Of a DNA stretch of 64,000 nucleotides, positions 23,668 to 37,200 are shown piece after piece. The stretch spans positions 100,936,001 to 101,000,000 of the forward strand of contig NC_043004.1 in NCBI RefSeq assembly GCF_006345805.1. The letters are read 5' to 3'. Numbering within the stretch: the first letter of the stretch is position 1; each line of letters begins with the position of its first letter. Below the pieces are notes generated by a model that made no database searches, was not told the origin of the DNA, and saw only the letters and a program-made list of their open reading frames with translations. This stretch comes from Octopus sinensis (Eukaryota). Both the position numbers and the translations under genes were made by a program.

Positions 23668-25389
23668 ACACACAAACATGCACGCATGCATACATAGATA
23701 CGTGTAAGCCTTCTCACACACAGACTTACGTATGTGCATTTAAAGGGAGAGATAAGTAGATATAAATAGAGAAAAGTAGAATGATTATTAAGAAAGCAAA
23801 GAAAGGGCTAAATACATACATATATGGAAATAGACAGTCGCACATAATTGAGCCACACATGTATACTGTGCAAACACGTGCGTGTATATGAGTGTTTATA
23901 TATGTAAATACATGCATATATATGTTCTTTCATCAATGTATATCCCTATATGTGTATGTATGTAAACGTATGTATTCTTATGGCTGTGTGTGGAGGGGTA
24001 TTTATATGTCTATATCGAGAGGAGGGTAATGGAAAGAGAGTAAAATGGTTGTGATTATGAAGAATGTTCATTCTCTTGAGAAAAAGCTACTCTTCCATAT
24101 TAAGGTGTCAGTGACAACAACCTGAAGATACTTAAAGAATTATTCCTGTGCCAAAATTGACAGTCAGCCAAATTCTTAATTGGCAACATCTTGAAATATT
24201 TTTTAAAAAATTATATCTAATTTTATTCGAATTTTATTTTATTCTTTACTTTCAAAAAAAATACTTTTTTGTAATGGTACATATGTAGTTTTTGTTTTTT
24301 TTCTTTTAATTTTTTCCATGGAATAAATTTCTGTTGTTTGTAAATTTGTCTATTTCCAATGCAGTGCAATTTAATTCAATTCAATTCGTGGTAATTTTTC
24401 AAAAATATATAAATATACAATAGAAAATTCTTCTCGAATAGTTGCTGCAAAATCTAAATTGCAATACTATTGCAGGCATGGAGAAAAGACCTACTCTAAT
24501 GACACTCCGTTCACTAACATTTTATAAATAACAGGACTGTTCAGGTCTCTTCAGGTCTCTACCTCCACCCATGGGACCACTAATGAATTATTCATATACT
24601 CATAAGTTATGATAAAATATTAAATTTAATTATATCTCTTCCTATCCCTTTTATGAGTAACCTTTGAAAATGAATTCATTTTGAAGCCCATACCTTTAAA
24701 CCACAATCAATACTTAGCTCTTTCTGTATTTAAGAAAACTTCGTGAGCTAGATTTTCCCAAATCACAAAAGCTCCATAGAGCTAGGTTCCATAGTTTTAA
24801 ATAGATTAGTTAAATAGATTAGAAACAAATTTCCTACTTCTATAGGATGCTGATTTATCACGGGTAGATTTTCTACAAGGAGACTTGAAACCAACATCTT
24901 GCATTGGTATACTATTCATCAGTTATATCTGGATGAGTGCGTGCGTGCGTATGGGCCTGCAAGTTCAATGTATTTAACACAAATCAGACAAAATTTTCAG
25001 CATATTCACGAGACTGTATCGATAGAAACAGGATGGTTCTCAATAAAAATGACTTTATAGACCCTATCAGTCGGTGCTAATAATTTAGACACGGCCTTGG
25101 CAAATCTTTGGCTGAAATACATCTAAGTTATCTATGTTCAACTACCCTAATAGTTGTTACTGTAGAAAGATAATATCACCATTAGTAGCTACTTAAGGCT
25201 AGGTCGTTGCCGTTTTTATTATTGAAATCCCTTGGCCTCGAACATAATGCTGATGCTGGTGACAGTCTACAAACCACAAGCTGCTCAATCGCTTGAATAG
25301 CATCATATCCACGTATGAAGTTAATTTTCTCTAGTCCTCTAAAAAAATATGTCTTACTCTAAGTTAAGGATACTTAACATCTTTTGTGT

Positions 25390-25755
25390 ATTCTTTTACT
25401 TGTTTCAGTCATTTGAATGCGGCTATACTGGAGCACCGCCTTTAGTCGAGCAAATCGACCCTAGGACTTATTCTTTGTAAGCCTAGTACTTATTCTATCG
25501 GTCACTTTTACCGTACCGCTAATTGACGGGGACGTAAACACACCAGCATCGGTTGTCAAGCAATGCTAGGGGGACAAAGACACACACATACATATATACG
25601 ACAGGCTTCTTTCAGTTTCCGTCTACCAAATCCACTCACAAAGCATTGGTCGACCCAGGACTATAGCAGAAGACACTTGCCGAAGATGCCACGCAGTGGG
25701 ACTGAACCCGGAACCATGTGGTTGGTTAGCAAGCTACTTACCACACAGCCACTCG
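25390..25755 (-). mobile_element. SINE family A
   Basis: Matches the other family A copies. Confidence 0.85.
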
Positions 25756-26174
25756 TATATATCATGTATATTTTTGAGAGTTCGTTGAAAGAGAACTGAT
25801 TCTATAATTTTTTAAATATAGTGTAAAAATATATGTGCCTTTATTAGTTTAGAAACCATTTATTCCTTTGCTACCAACATTTATTGAAAGAAAATGTAAC
25901 TTCTGTCGCATTTACGAAAATAAAGTTGTAATCGTTTTCTCATCCAAGTTCACAGACCCACTAAAATCAATACTCGTTCTAAATTCTCCCCAATAATCAT
26001 GTTTGAGTCATTTTGAGATTTTCAGCTTTGGGTGGAATTAGACTGAGATTTCGGGCAGAAACGCTATTATATAATATTATGTCGTTATAAAGCTCACTTA
26101 GCCAAAACGTAGCTTTGGGTTTAGTTTCATTGCGTGACTTCTTGGACGAAGTGTTTTCTAGCTTAGCCTTAGAC

Positions 26175-26432
26175 CAATGGTTCTCAGCTAGGGTCTATGG
26201 CCCTTGGGGTCCACATAAGATGTTATTGTTAAAATTTATCTGCAATAAATTGGTTATACTGATACAATACACAAAATATTCTAACAATTCTTTTATACAA
26301 TTCGCAATAATATTGGATCCGAAAAATATTAGAGGATTTTTTAAAATATAGAATAGCTAGTGGGGGACATCCGACTAAAATAAGAATCAAATGGGTCCAT
26401 AGGTAAAAAACAGAAATGGTTGAGAAATTTAG
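26175..26432. mobile_element. Possible hAT-type MITE
   Basis: Left end CAATGGTTCTCAGC and right end GGTTGAGAAATT resemble hAT/Charlie TIRs (CAGTGGTTCTCAAC); degraded. Confidence 0.45.
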
Positions 26433-26589
26433 GCGAACCAATGTCTTGTAAGTGAAGCTAATAAATGGAAAATAATTGGAGGCCTTTCATGTATTTGTAT
26501 ATTTGTATAATTGTATGCTTTTATGTGTGTGAGGGTGAATTAGAAGCAGTCAATTTCTTCATGTCTTTATGAATACTGTCTGAGCAGAT

Positions 26590-26937
26590 AATAATACTAC
26601 TACTACTAATATTAATAATAATGATAATAATGATAATAATAATGAGGATAATAATAATAATAACAACAACAACAATAATAATAATAATAATGAGGATAAT
26701 AATGATAATAATGAGGATAATAATAATAATAATGATAATAATAATGATAATAATAATAATAATAATAATAATATATAATAATAATAATAATTATGATAAT
26801 AATAATAATGATAATAATGATGATAATAATAATAAGGATAATAATAATAAGGATAATAATAAATAATAATGATAATAATAATAAGGATAATAATAATAAT
26901 GATAATAATGATAATAATAATAATAGTAAGAATAATG

Positions 26938-26978
<41 letters not shown>

Positions 26979-27036
26979 TATAATAATGATAATAATGATA
27001 ATAATAATAATAGTAAGAATAATGATAATAATGAGG

Positions 27037-27074
<38 letters not shown>

Positions 27075-27093
27075 GATAATAATAATAATGAGG

Positions 27094-27154
<61 letters not shown>

Positions 27155-27212
27155 AATAATAAGGATAATAATAATAATGATAATAATAATAAGGATAATA
27201 ATAATAATAATG

Positions 27213-27250
<38 letters not shown>

Positions 27251-27353
27251 GATAATAATGATAATAATAATAATAGTAAGAATAATAATAATAATAATAA
27301 TAATGATAATAATAATAAGGATAATAATAATAATGATAATAATAATAAGGATA

Positions 27354-27386
<33 letters not shown>

Positions 27387-27415
27387 TAATAATGATAATA
27401 ATGATAATAATAATA

Positions 27416-27470
<55 letters not shown>

Positions 27471-27548
27471 TAATATGATAATAATGATAATAATAATAAT
27501 AGTAATAATAATAATAATAATAATAATATAATAATAATAATAATAATG

Positions 27549-27603
<55 letters not shown>

Positions 27604-27645
27604 TAATAATAATAATAATAATAATTGTAATAATAATAATAATGG
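26590..27645 (+). repeat. ~1 kb (AAT)n/(GAT) microsatellite
   Basis: Direct reading; source of the poly-I, poly-N and poly-Y ORFs. Confidence 0.97.
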
Positions 27646-27858
27646 TGACATTAATTACATATTTACCTGTAAACAAATGGTCTGTAGTTCAGCAGATGAG
27701 TGGGGAAGATTAGAAGAATAGCCGTTTTACTAGAAAACTAAGTTGGGTTGGGTTGGTGACGGGAAGAGCATCCGGTCATAAATTATTTGATTTACCAAGT
27801 GTCGTCTAACCCTTACCAGCAAGGAAAAACAGACATGAAAATGATGATGATGATGATT

Positions 27859-27889
<31 letters not shown>

Positions 27890-28140
27890 CGGTCGTTGTT
27901 GCCATCATCATCTTGAAGGCGACGATGATGACGTCAATGTCGACGATAATGTAGGTGGAGGAGGAGGAGGAAGAAGAGTGGGGATCAGCATCAGGAGGAG
28001 GACTTCAGGCTGTGTAAGTAATTGTTAGTTCTTATTCTGAAATATTAAGTTTCTTAAGAATTTTCTGCATGAACAGTTTATCACAAATGAGGAAATCGTT
28101 ACCACTGACGGCAAGCAAGGAGTAACAACTCTTTCTCTCT

Positions 28141-28183
<43 letters not shown>

Positions 28184-28319
28184 AGTGCATGAAACCTAAG
28201 TATGAAGGATAACGCTTCATGGTTGATGAAGATATGTGGATGTCAGATTGAAATGGGCTGAAATTCCTCTGTTTCACGGACATTATCAACGAGATTTTAA
28301 CAAATTTATTTTCTAGCAT

Positions 28320-29700
28320 TGTCGGACTGGTAATTTTTCCGGTTTACTTCATAATCATACTTTTTTTTCTTCAAGTACCAATCAGATGTAAGCACACTTT
28401 ATCCTGATGCTATTATAGTCTTTCTGTGCAAGCATTTTACAATTACTTACAATATGAGTCATAGTTTCCATTTTCGGACTACATAACATTAAACATCTTA
28501 TGTAGCTTCTTATATTCTTTTCACAGACTCTGTGTTAAGGAATTTCTTTTGAGCTGCAAATGTTGCATTTCCAGTTTCATGCTTCGGGTCTTCTTTTCTT
28601 AACCAATCCCCTAACTTCAATTTTGTGGGATCCCCATACCCTTTGAAATCTATCATGTAGGGGCATAATTTTATTTTCCTTCTTCCTTATGTTTTCATTA
28701 CACTACTCCTGAAGTAGATTACTGATATTTTTCTAGTATACTGCAAGGGCAATTCTTTACTCATTAACAAATACCTACTGAAGTCTATGTATTCAATGGA
28801 AACACATTCTTCCTCCCAGGAAAAAATTTCGACCTCTAATCTCCCGAAGTATGTACAAATAGACCAAACCTACTTGTTACTCACTACCAAACTTTTGAGT
28901 TTTTCTGTCAAGATTTTCAACCACTGCCTTAATCCAATAAAGGCAGTATTGCAGCGTATCATTGCTACAGCTTGGCCATTGATGGTTGGAATCAAGCTTC
29001 TGTATTACAGCTTCGGTGGCTTTTGTAACATCTTCATTTGCTCTTGTTATACCTTTTCTATCATATTTGTATTTATTGATGGCTAATTCAAGATTTCTAT
29101 CACTCTCTCCAGATGGTAACTAAAAACCATTGCATGTCTCTTTTATATTGTTCCTTAAGCTAATTCCAGTGCACTCTGAAATGCTAAACTCCGTTCTTGT
29201 ATGCTATCAACAATAGAATACAATCTTGCATATTAGTTTAATTTTCTGATTTTGTAAACAACTATAAATAGAAAGTGATTAATCTTTGGGAGCTTCCTTC
29301 CCAAATTTGTATCCAAACAGTTTCATATAATTTTATTGACAGTTATCAGTGATAAAACAAAAGCAAGGAACAAAAGGAATCTCCATGGAAAATGCAACAT
29401 TGAATATGGACAAATCCTAGATACAGCTTTGTGTTCCAAATATGGAATGTCGGATATCATGATGTTGATAATATTTTCAGCAATTCCAAATATTGTCATA
29501 TTCTTCAATTCAAGCATTTATTCTACCCAAGTCCTTCTTCATATAACCTATTGATTTCGACATGTAACCTTTTTGACAATAGTTCATCCGATTTTGTCTT
29601 CTTTTCCTCGCCAAAACTTCATTCCCAGCCTTTTCCATTACAACGTGCAAGTTACATAGCTACACATTTCAATTTTTGGGTATCTGATATAAAAGATAAT
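28320..29700 (-). mobile_element. R4/Dong-like (RLE-type) non-LTR retrotransposon relic
   Basis: Minus-strand fragments in order: TIFGIAENII, IFHGDS, KINHFLFI, WLRK...ETG.A.FAAQ, and zinc-knuckle ETMTHIVSNCKMLAQKDY (~28415-28468). Heavily decayed. Confidence 0.65.
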
Positions 29701-29959
29701 GTATTAGTACAATACGGACTTTAGTACTTTAGTAGTTCAGTACAATGCGGACCTTAGTGTTTGCACTGGTTCCCTCAGCTTACTTAGGAGTGTTTCCAGT
29801 AATATGTGATCTATTACAACCTTTGACATAGTCAGGTTGCTGACTTGGTAAGGAAAACTTTAGGCGTTCAGCAGGGCAGAAACAAGACCTGTCAAAAGGA
29901 GGGATGAAGCCAAGATAGAGCCATGACTATCTAGTTATACTCTTCAGATGTAAAATATC

Positions 29960-30193
29960 TATTTCTTTACTACCCACAAGGGGCTAAACATAGAGGAGAC
30001 AAACAAGGACAGACAAACGGATTAAGTCGATTACATCGACCCCAGTGCGTAACTGGTACTTAATTTATCGACCCCGGAAGGATGAAAGGCAAAGTCGACC
30101 TCGGCGGAATTTGAACTCGGAACGTAACGGCAGACGAAATACGGCAACGCATTTCGCCCGGCGTGCTAACGTTTCTGCCGGCTCGCCGCCTTC
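29960..30193 (-). mobile_element. SINE family B, full length
   Basis: Flanked by the direct repeat AAAATATC (29952-29959 and 30194-30201). Confidence 0.9.
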
Positions 30194-30589
30194 AAAATAT
30201 CAAGGATTGCCTGATACAGTATAACTCACTCCATGAGTGGATTGCAACTTGTAAACTTTGACCGGTAATCTATCTAGGAACGTAATCCCGAAAAACAAAA
30301 CACTGACGCATTAGCATTTGGTGTTTTCTAATTGTAAAGTGATTGTGAAAAAAATTTTTGTGCCTTTTCAATCTCCAGATGTCAACTACGGGGGATTAAT
30401 GGTGTTAGTTGGAAGCATACTGTTGAAAAAATCTCCTCTAAATTCATGGAAAAACCATCCTAATTCTAAATTGTATTCTTAAATGCCTGACACAAATGCT
30501 TTAATTAAGAGCTGACAAACTGAACAGTCTAGAAATTATAAACGGGCATTACTTATGGTACTGAAGTATCAAAGTCACCTAAACCAAAA

Positions 30590-30591
<2 letters not shown>

Positions 30592-30665
<74 letters not shown>

Positions 30666-30666
30666 C

Positions 30667-30721
<55 letters not shown>

Positions 30722-30770
30722 TAGTAGTAGTTGTAGTAGTAGTAGTAGCAGCAGCAGCAGTAGCAGCAGT
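30592..30770 (+). repeat. (AGT)n microsatellite
   Basis: Direct reading. Confidence 0.97.
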
Positions 30771-30864
30771 TTTCTTCAATTTCGTTTCCATTTCTTGCCG
30801 AATCTTCCCGACACCCAGGGCAAAGAAACTCACACTGATTGGCCACTGAAATAACCACCCCCCA

Positions 30865-31175
30865 GATTATTCATTTGGTCCACGGTCGTAAGGCCATGAG
30901 TTTGAGTCCCGGCTGCGCGTTGCATCCTTCAGCAAGATACTTTATCTCACGTTGCCCCAGTCCACTCAGCTGAGAAAAAAGAACTGTACCTGTAATTCAA
31001 AAGGGGACAGTCATGTCCCATTCACTGTTATGCTGAATCTCCTTGAGAACTATGTTAAGAGTACGTGTGTCTGTGGAGTGCACAGCAGCTTGCGCCTTAA
31101 CTTCACGAGCAGGATGGCTGTTCCGTTGATCGGGTCAACTGAAATGCTCACTATTGTAACCGACGGAGTACCAGG
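30865..31175 (+). mobile_element. SINE family C', degenerate
   Basis: CAGCAAGATACTTTATCTCACGTTGC core followed by the family C 3' block. Confidence 0.7.
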
Positions 31176-31782
31176 CAGAGAAAAAAACCCACATTGATAT
31201 CACTTCTGGAAGTTTTCTATCCTTTTGACTGTTTCTTTAATTAAGTTGTGTTGACTATTTTGAGGAGAAACTTCCCAGATGTTTCTGACTGGAATTGTTT
31301 AAGTAACAACACAACAAAGTGGGCGTCGGATGCTTTAAGCTTTTTAAAAACAATGAAATCTAGATCTTTCTCCAGTAAAATCTAGATACATTCAAATAAA
31401 TTCATAATGATAGTCGATGGAAAAACGCAAGAGACCGAGAGGGGGAAAAGGATTGAGGCTGAGAGGGGTTCAGAGAGGAAATAAATCCGCTAGCATTCTG
31501 AAAATTGTTGCACATAACATTGATGGCGATATCGTTGTCATGGTGACAAATACACGTAGGAACATCAAGAGCTGCGAAGAACCAACAAAAAATGGAATCA
31601 AGAGAAAAAAAGAGTAGTACCACCATCTTCAATAACTACCACAACAACCCGGATGACAAGAAAAAACAATTAAGAAAACAACATCAACAAGAGCAACGGT
31701 AAACAATAGTGAGGATTTACTCTCAAAGCTGCCAATCCCGAGGGATGTAAGCTACATCAACAAAAAGAACAACTAAAATATT

Positions 31783-32214
31783 CTTTTCTGCTCTAGGCAC
31801 AAGGCTTGAAATTTGGTGGTGGGGGGGGGGGAATAGATTAGATCGACTGCAGTACATAAATGGTACTTGATTTATCGACCCTGAAAGGATGAAAGGCAAA
31901 GTCGACCTCGGCGTAATTTGAACTCAGAACGTAAAGATAGACGAAATACCGCTAAGCATTTCGACCGGCTAACGTTTCTGCCAGCTCGCCACCTTAGAAC
32001 AACTAAAATATTTATTTCTTTATTGCCCACAAGGTGCTAAACATAGAGGGGGAAAACAGGGACAGACAAACGAATTAAATGGATTACATCGACTCCAGTA
32101 CGTAACTGGTACTTATTTAATCGACCCCGAAAGGATGAAAAGCAAAGTCGAAAGGATGAAAAACGTAGCGGCATTTCGCCCGGCATGCTAACGATTCTGC
32201 CAGCTCGCCGCCCT
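31783..32214 (-). mobile_element. Two family B SINEs in tandem, separated and flanked by the same 17 bp sequence
   Basis: AGAACAACTAAAATATT occurs at 31766-31782, 31996-32012 and 32215-32231. Confidence 0.88.
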
Positions 32215-32336
32215 AGAACAACTAAAATATTGCCATTAAAATCAGTTTCCTCTCACTCTTATTCAATTACAACCAACCCCATCACTACTAGATTCTGTGT
32301 CTTCAAGAATCATCGCTACCATCAACATCAACAAGT

Positions 32337-32530
32337 GGAGACGCAATGGCCCAGTAGTTAGGGCAGCGGACTCGCGGTCGTAAGAACGCGGTTTCGATTC
32401 CCAGACCGAGCATTGTGAGTGTTTATTGAGCAAAAATACCTAAGCTCCTCGAGGCTCCGGCGGGGGTGGGGCGGGGGTGAACCCTGCTGTACTCTTTCAC
32501 CACAACTTTCTATCACCCTTTCTTCCTACT
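32337..32530 (+). mobile_element. SINE family C, 5' half
   Basis: tRNA-like head as at 22400. Confidence 0.8.
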
Positions 32531-32885
32531 TCTGCTACAAAGCAGAGGGGCCATGGTGTTACCCAAAATGGTGTGGTAAACTTTCAGACCCTTGTCTAGA
32601 TTGCGAATCCTCTGTAATCCAGGATGGTTCAGCTCTCCACCCGTTGACAGCCACCGTTTACGGAATGAGGATAACAACGTAGCTTTCGCGCCCGTGCAAC
32701 CGCCAGTCTATCGCGTGTGGTGGATGGATCTTCAAGTTGCCACACGCATTCTTAGTAGCTTAGAGTAGGCTCGAATTAGAGATTATTCTTTGTGGCTAAT
32801 GGCGTGAGTCCTGATTGGAAGAAGACAACAGCAATAACAATACAAACATTTCCACCAAGACGGCTAAACATATATATATATATAT

Positions 32886-33266
32886 GGAAGCATTCCGTCG
32901 GTTACGACGGCGAGGGTTCCGGTTGATCCGAATCAACGGAACAGCCTGCTCGTGAAATTAACGTGTAAGTGGCTGAGCACTCCACAGACACGTGTACCCT
33001 TAACGTAGTTCTCGGGGATATTCAGCTTGACACAGAGAGTGACAAGGCCGGCCCTTTGAAATACAGGTACAACAGAAACAGGAAGTAAGAGTGAGAGAAA
33101 GTTGTGGTGAAAGAGTACAGCAGGGATCGCCACCATCCCCTGCCGGAGCTTCGTGGAACTTTTAGGTGTTTTCGCTCAATAAACACTCACAACGCCCGGT
33201 CTGGGAATCGAAACCGCGATCCTATGACCGCGAGTCTGCTGCCCTAACCACTGGGCCATTGCGCCT

Positions 33267-33268
<2 letters not shown>
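32886..33268 (-). mobile_element. SINE family C, full length
   Basis: Reverse complement of 22400-22771. Confidence 0.9.
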
Positions 33269-33354
<86 letters not shown>

Positions 33355-34254
33355 CAACAATTATGCCCACTTAAATGTGTGTGTGTACGTACATACAGAC
33401 AGACAGAAACATGGTTGGATAAACTCATATATCTACATATGTAACAACTATGCAAATTATCGACTCCTTTCGGCAATAAAATTACGATCCACTTCCCTCC
33501 CAAAGCAACAACAATAGATGACATCACATAACACAAACAACCAAGAATTCACTTCTTTATTATGCTTTATATGATCCAAAACAATATAAAAAAACATCTT
33601 TAAAATCCTTCGCAATTTTGAATCATCAGTTTTCTACGCTATTTTTTGAAGATGTAAATATTTTTATTTAAATTTATTATTTCGCTTTCATAATACTGTT
33701 ACATATATACATATAACCTATATTAACCTTATCTACATTACTTCAAACATAAATATGTATACATGCTTGTATGTATGTATATATTTATGTAGGTGTTTGT
33801 TTATGTCAGTTTGCTTGGAACTGTTTACCTCTGCCTTTCCGTTTTTATTTATAATTCTATGAAGCTAAACATGCAACCCTCTCTCTCCATCTCTATCTCT
33901 CCATCTCTATCACTCTCACTCTCTCACTCTCACTCTCTCTTTCTCTCACCCTCTCTCTCTCTGTCTTTCTTTCTTTCTTTCTGTCTCCATCTATCCATCA
34001 GTCTATCTATCCCTTTTTATCTCTTTATTTAGCTGCATATTTGTCTATCAATCTATCAACTTATCTCGTCCATTTTGCTCAATTTCTATAAATCTCGAGC
34101 AATCATGCATTTGTGAAAAATCATCACCGCCATCATCGCCACCACCAACGCCACCACCACCACTACCATCATCACCGCCATCATCATCATCATCATCATA
34201 GCCATCATCATCATCATAGCCATCATCATCATCATCGTCTGCAACCATATAATT

Positions 34255-34328
34255 ATTACTCGTATTATAATAATAATATAATAATATATTAATTATTATT
34301 TATTATTATTATTATTATTATATTATTA

Positions 34329-34360
<32 letters not shown>

Positions 34361-34398
34361 TATTATTATTATATTATTATTTATTATATTATTATTAC

Positions 34399-34435
<37 letters not shown>

Positions 34436-34500
34436 ATTATCATTATTATTATTATTATTATTATCATTATTATTATTATTATTATCATCATTATTGTTAT
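34255..34500 (+). repeat. (ATT)n microsatellite
   Basis: Direct reading. Confidence 0.95.
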
Positions 34501-35122
34501 ACCACTAGCTTCTTTTTATTCTTCATTCACGTTCTTATCGTCTAATTATGATCATTTTACCTATCTATAATTAAGGTCAGTTGAACCTGCTAATTAAATC
34601 TTAGTCAGGTGATTCGACAGACATTCCCATCATGGTGCTTCTAAATAACTTTGCTTCCTTTCATATAAAACTCATTCTTTTACCTTCCCACTTTTACACA
34701 AATTTCCATTTCATTTCTACCATTCTTTTTATATTTAGTTCTTCCTGTATTCCTGTTCCATTTTTTTTTTTTTTGGTACTTGTTCGTTTGTGTGTTTCGT
34801 TCTCTATTTTTCTCTTCCTGCTAGAATTTTATTTTGTTTACATCCCATTTGACTATTTTGGAAGAACTGCAGTTGTTTTATTGATGTTGATGTTGGTATG
34901 TCACTCGTTGTTGTTGTTGTTGTTGTTGTGTGTGTGTGTTTGTGTATGTTGTTGTGTGTGTTGTCGGCTTTCCTTTGCAACCGATTTTCTAAATTTAGTT
35001 CTAGTTTCCATCGTCGTCGCCGTCGTCATCGTCACCATTTTTATCACTATCATTGTTATTGTCATCGCCACCACCGTCATCACCATTAACATCAAAATTA
35101 TCATCACCACCACTTTGTTCCC

Positions 35123-35159
<37 letters not shown>

Positions 35160-35679
35160 TATCATCATTATCAAGAACGTCATCATCCTCATCAGCAGCA
35201 GCATCCGTTCAAGAATTCTAACCTGAAGATCTCCATTTCCAGCGACTTCGAGGGCCACCTCCCAGTGGTGTCGGGCGTCAACGAAGAGCCCTCAACAACA
35301 GCAAGACGACCGAAGTTTTATTTTTCCAAGGTCTGGGGTCTCCCACCCCTAAGCCCTAGACCATCACCTAATCACCCTTACCCATCTTGTTGCTTAACAG
35401 CAACAACAACAACAACAGCAGCAGCAGCAGCAACATCTGTTGCAGTATCGTAGCCAACATCCTTATCACCACACCCGGGCAACATCGGAATCATCATCAA
35501 CCACTTTTCGGTCCCTTCTCTTACGTAAAATAATTTTCCCATCCTATGAAACTGACCATTGTGTATCGCATTATGATGATTCACTCTGTTCACATATATT
35601 TATAGGAGGGTTGCTAAAAACTGAGCAGAAACAAATATAATACAATACCTATCAGAAGACGGATGAACCTGACTTTAAC

Positions 35680-36440
35680 TGGCACTCCGACGGTTACGAC
35701 GACGAGGGTTCCAGTTGATCTGATCGATGGAACAGTCTACTCGTGAAATTAACATACAGGAAACTGAACACTCCACAGAAACGTGTACCCTTAAAAGGCG
35801 TTGAACTGGCAGAAACGTTAGCACGCCGGGCGAAATGCGTAGCAGTATTTCGTCTGCCGCTACGTTCTGAGTTCAAATTCCGCCCAGGTCGATTTGCCTT
35901 TCATCCTTTCGGGGTCATTAAATTAAGTACCATTTACGCACTGGGGTCGATGTAATCGACTTAATCCGTTTGTCTATCCTTGTTTGTCCCCTCTGTGTTT
36001 AGCCCCTTGTGGGTAGTAAAGAAGTAGGTATTTCGTCTGCCGTTACGTTCTGAGTTCAAATTCTGACGAGGTCGAGTTTGCCTTTCATCCTTTCGGGGTT
36101 GATAAATTAAGTACCAGTTACGCACTTGGGTCAATGTAATCGACTTAATCCGTTTGTCTGTCCTTGTTTCTCTCCTCTATGTTTAGCCCCTTGTGGGCAA
36201 TAAAGAAATAAGAAACGTGTACCCTTAACGTAGTTCACAGAGAGATTCGGCGTGACACAGATTGTGACAAGGCTGGACCTTTTGAAATACAGGTGCATTT
36301 CTTTCTTGACAGCTGAATTGACCGGAGCAACGTAAAAAATAGTGTCTTGCCGAAGGACACAAAGCATTGCCGGGAATTGAACTCATGATCTTGCGATCGT
36401 TAGCCGAATACCCTAACCACTAAGTCAAGCACCTTCACAG
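35680..36440 (-). mobile_element. SINE family C' split by a nested family B multimer
   Basis: The host halves (35680-35794 and 36211-36440) rejoin across an 18 bp TSD. Confidence 0.8.
35795..36210 (+). mobile_element. SINE family B multimer (full unit plus a repeated 3' unit)
   Basis: TSD AGAAACGTGTACCCTTAA at 35777-35794 and 36211-36228. Confidence 0.9.
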
Positions 36441-37049
36441 GATGAACCTACCAAGTAAGACTAAACGGGACTATGTAACGATTGCCCATGGACATAGAGA
36501 TACGCGTGGAGGTGAATGAGCGAGCTGCAAGGACACCTGATAGTAAATGGACCCTACTTCATGTTAAAGTATTTTACAAGAAGGGCTCATTGATAAAAAA
36601 ATCTGCGGTGAGTTCAGCTTTTGATCATCTCATGCTATGCTGAGCCACCGGGTGGAAAGCTGGTCTAGCTAAAATGTATGTGCGGGTTCATTAATTTATA
36701 CACGGGAACTTCTTGGAATATATACTATGGAGCTCTCACGAGAAATGGGATCTCTCGCAAGGGGCGGCGATGAAGAGCAATAGAATGTGTTGACTTGGTT
36801 GGCTGGAAGTGTGTAATTTCAATTTTGTACATCGAAAACTTGGGATATTGGTCATTTGTCTTTCTTCCCTAACTATAGTGATGAAGATATTTGCCAGCAG
36901 CTTATCTTACTCAACAGTGCGAGATAAGCACCTATGTCCTGGAGGTAGTCGTACGCGAATACAAGTTGACGTCTACCATTTAGGCATGGAGGAATATATG
37001 TTTGTATACGTGTTTATATTTCATGTAGATAGGAAGATAATACCTATTT

Positions 37050-37200
37050 AAGAGATGAGGAATTATGTACATTAATGATAATAATAATATCGAACGATAC
37101 CTTGGGAATGAGAACGCAGGTTCGAAATTTCTCCAAGACATCTCATGAAGACTGGAGAGTATATCAGCCGATACGTTATGTAAATAATGTACAGATAGAT
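37050..37200 (+). mobile_element. PLE pseudo-LTR-like fragment with an inactivated HHR
   Basis: GACAT-CTCATGA-AGACTGG..TCAGCC-GATAC-GTT: one substitution in each half of the core. Confidence 0.45.

Noticed and set aside
24848-24910. Acceptor plus DADLSRVDFLQGDLKPTSCI (kinase-like DLKP)
   Set aside because: Lacks HRD context and the following N, donor is weak, and no other kinase exons were found.
36480-36615. Short ORF MDIEIRVEVNERAARTPDSKW ending in a strong donor CG|GTGAGT
   Set aside because: No usable in-frame acceptor; loosely resembles decayed RTE C-terminal sequence; no recognisable homologue.
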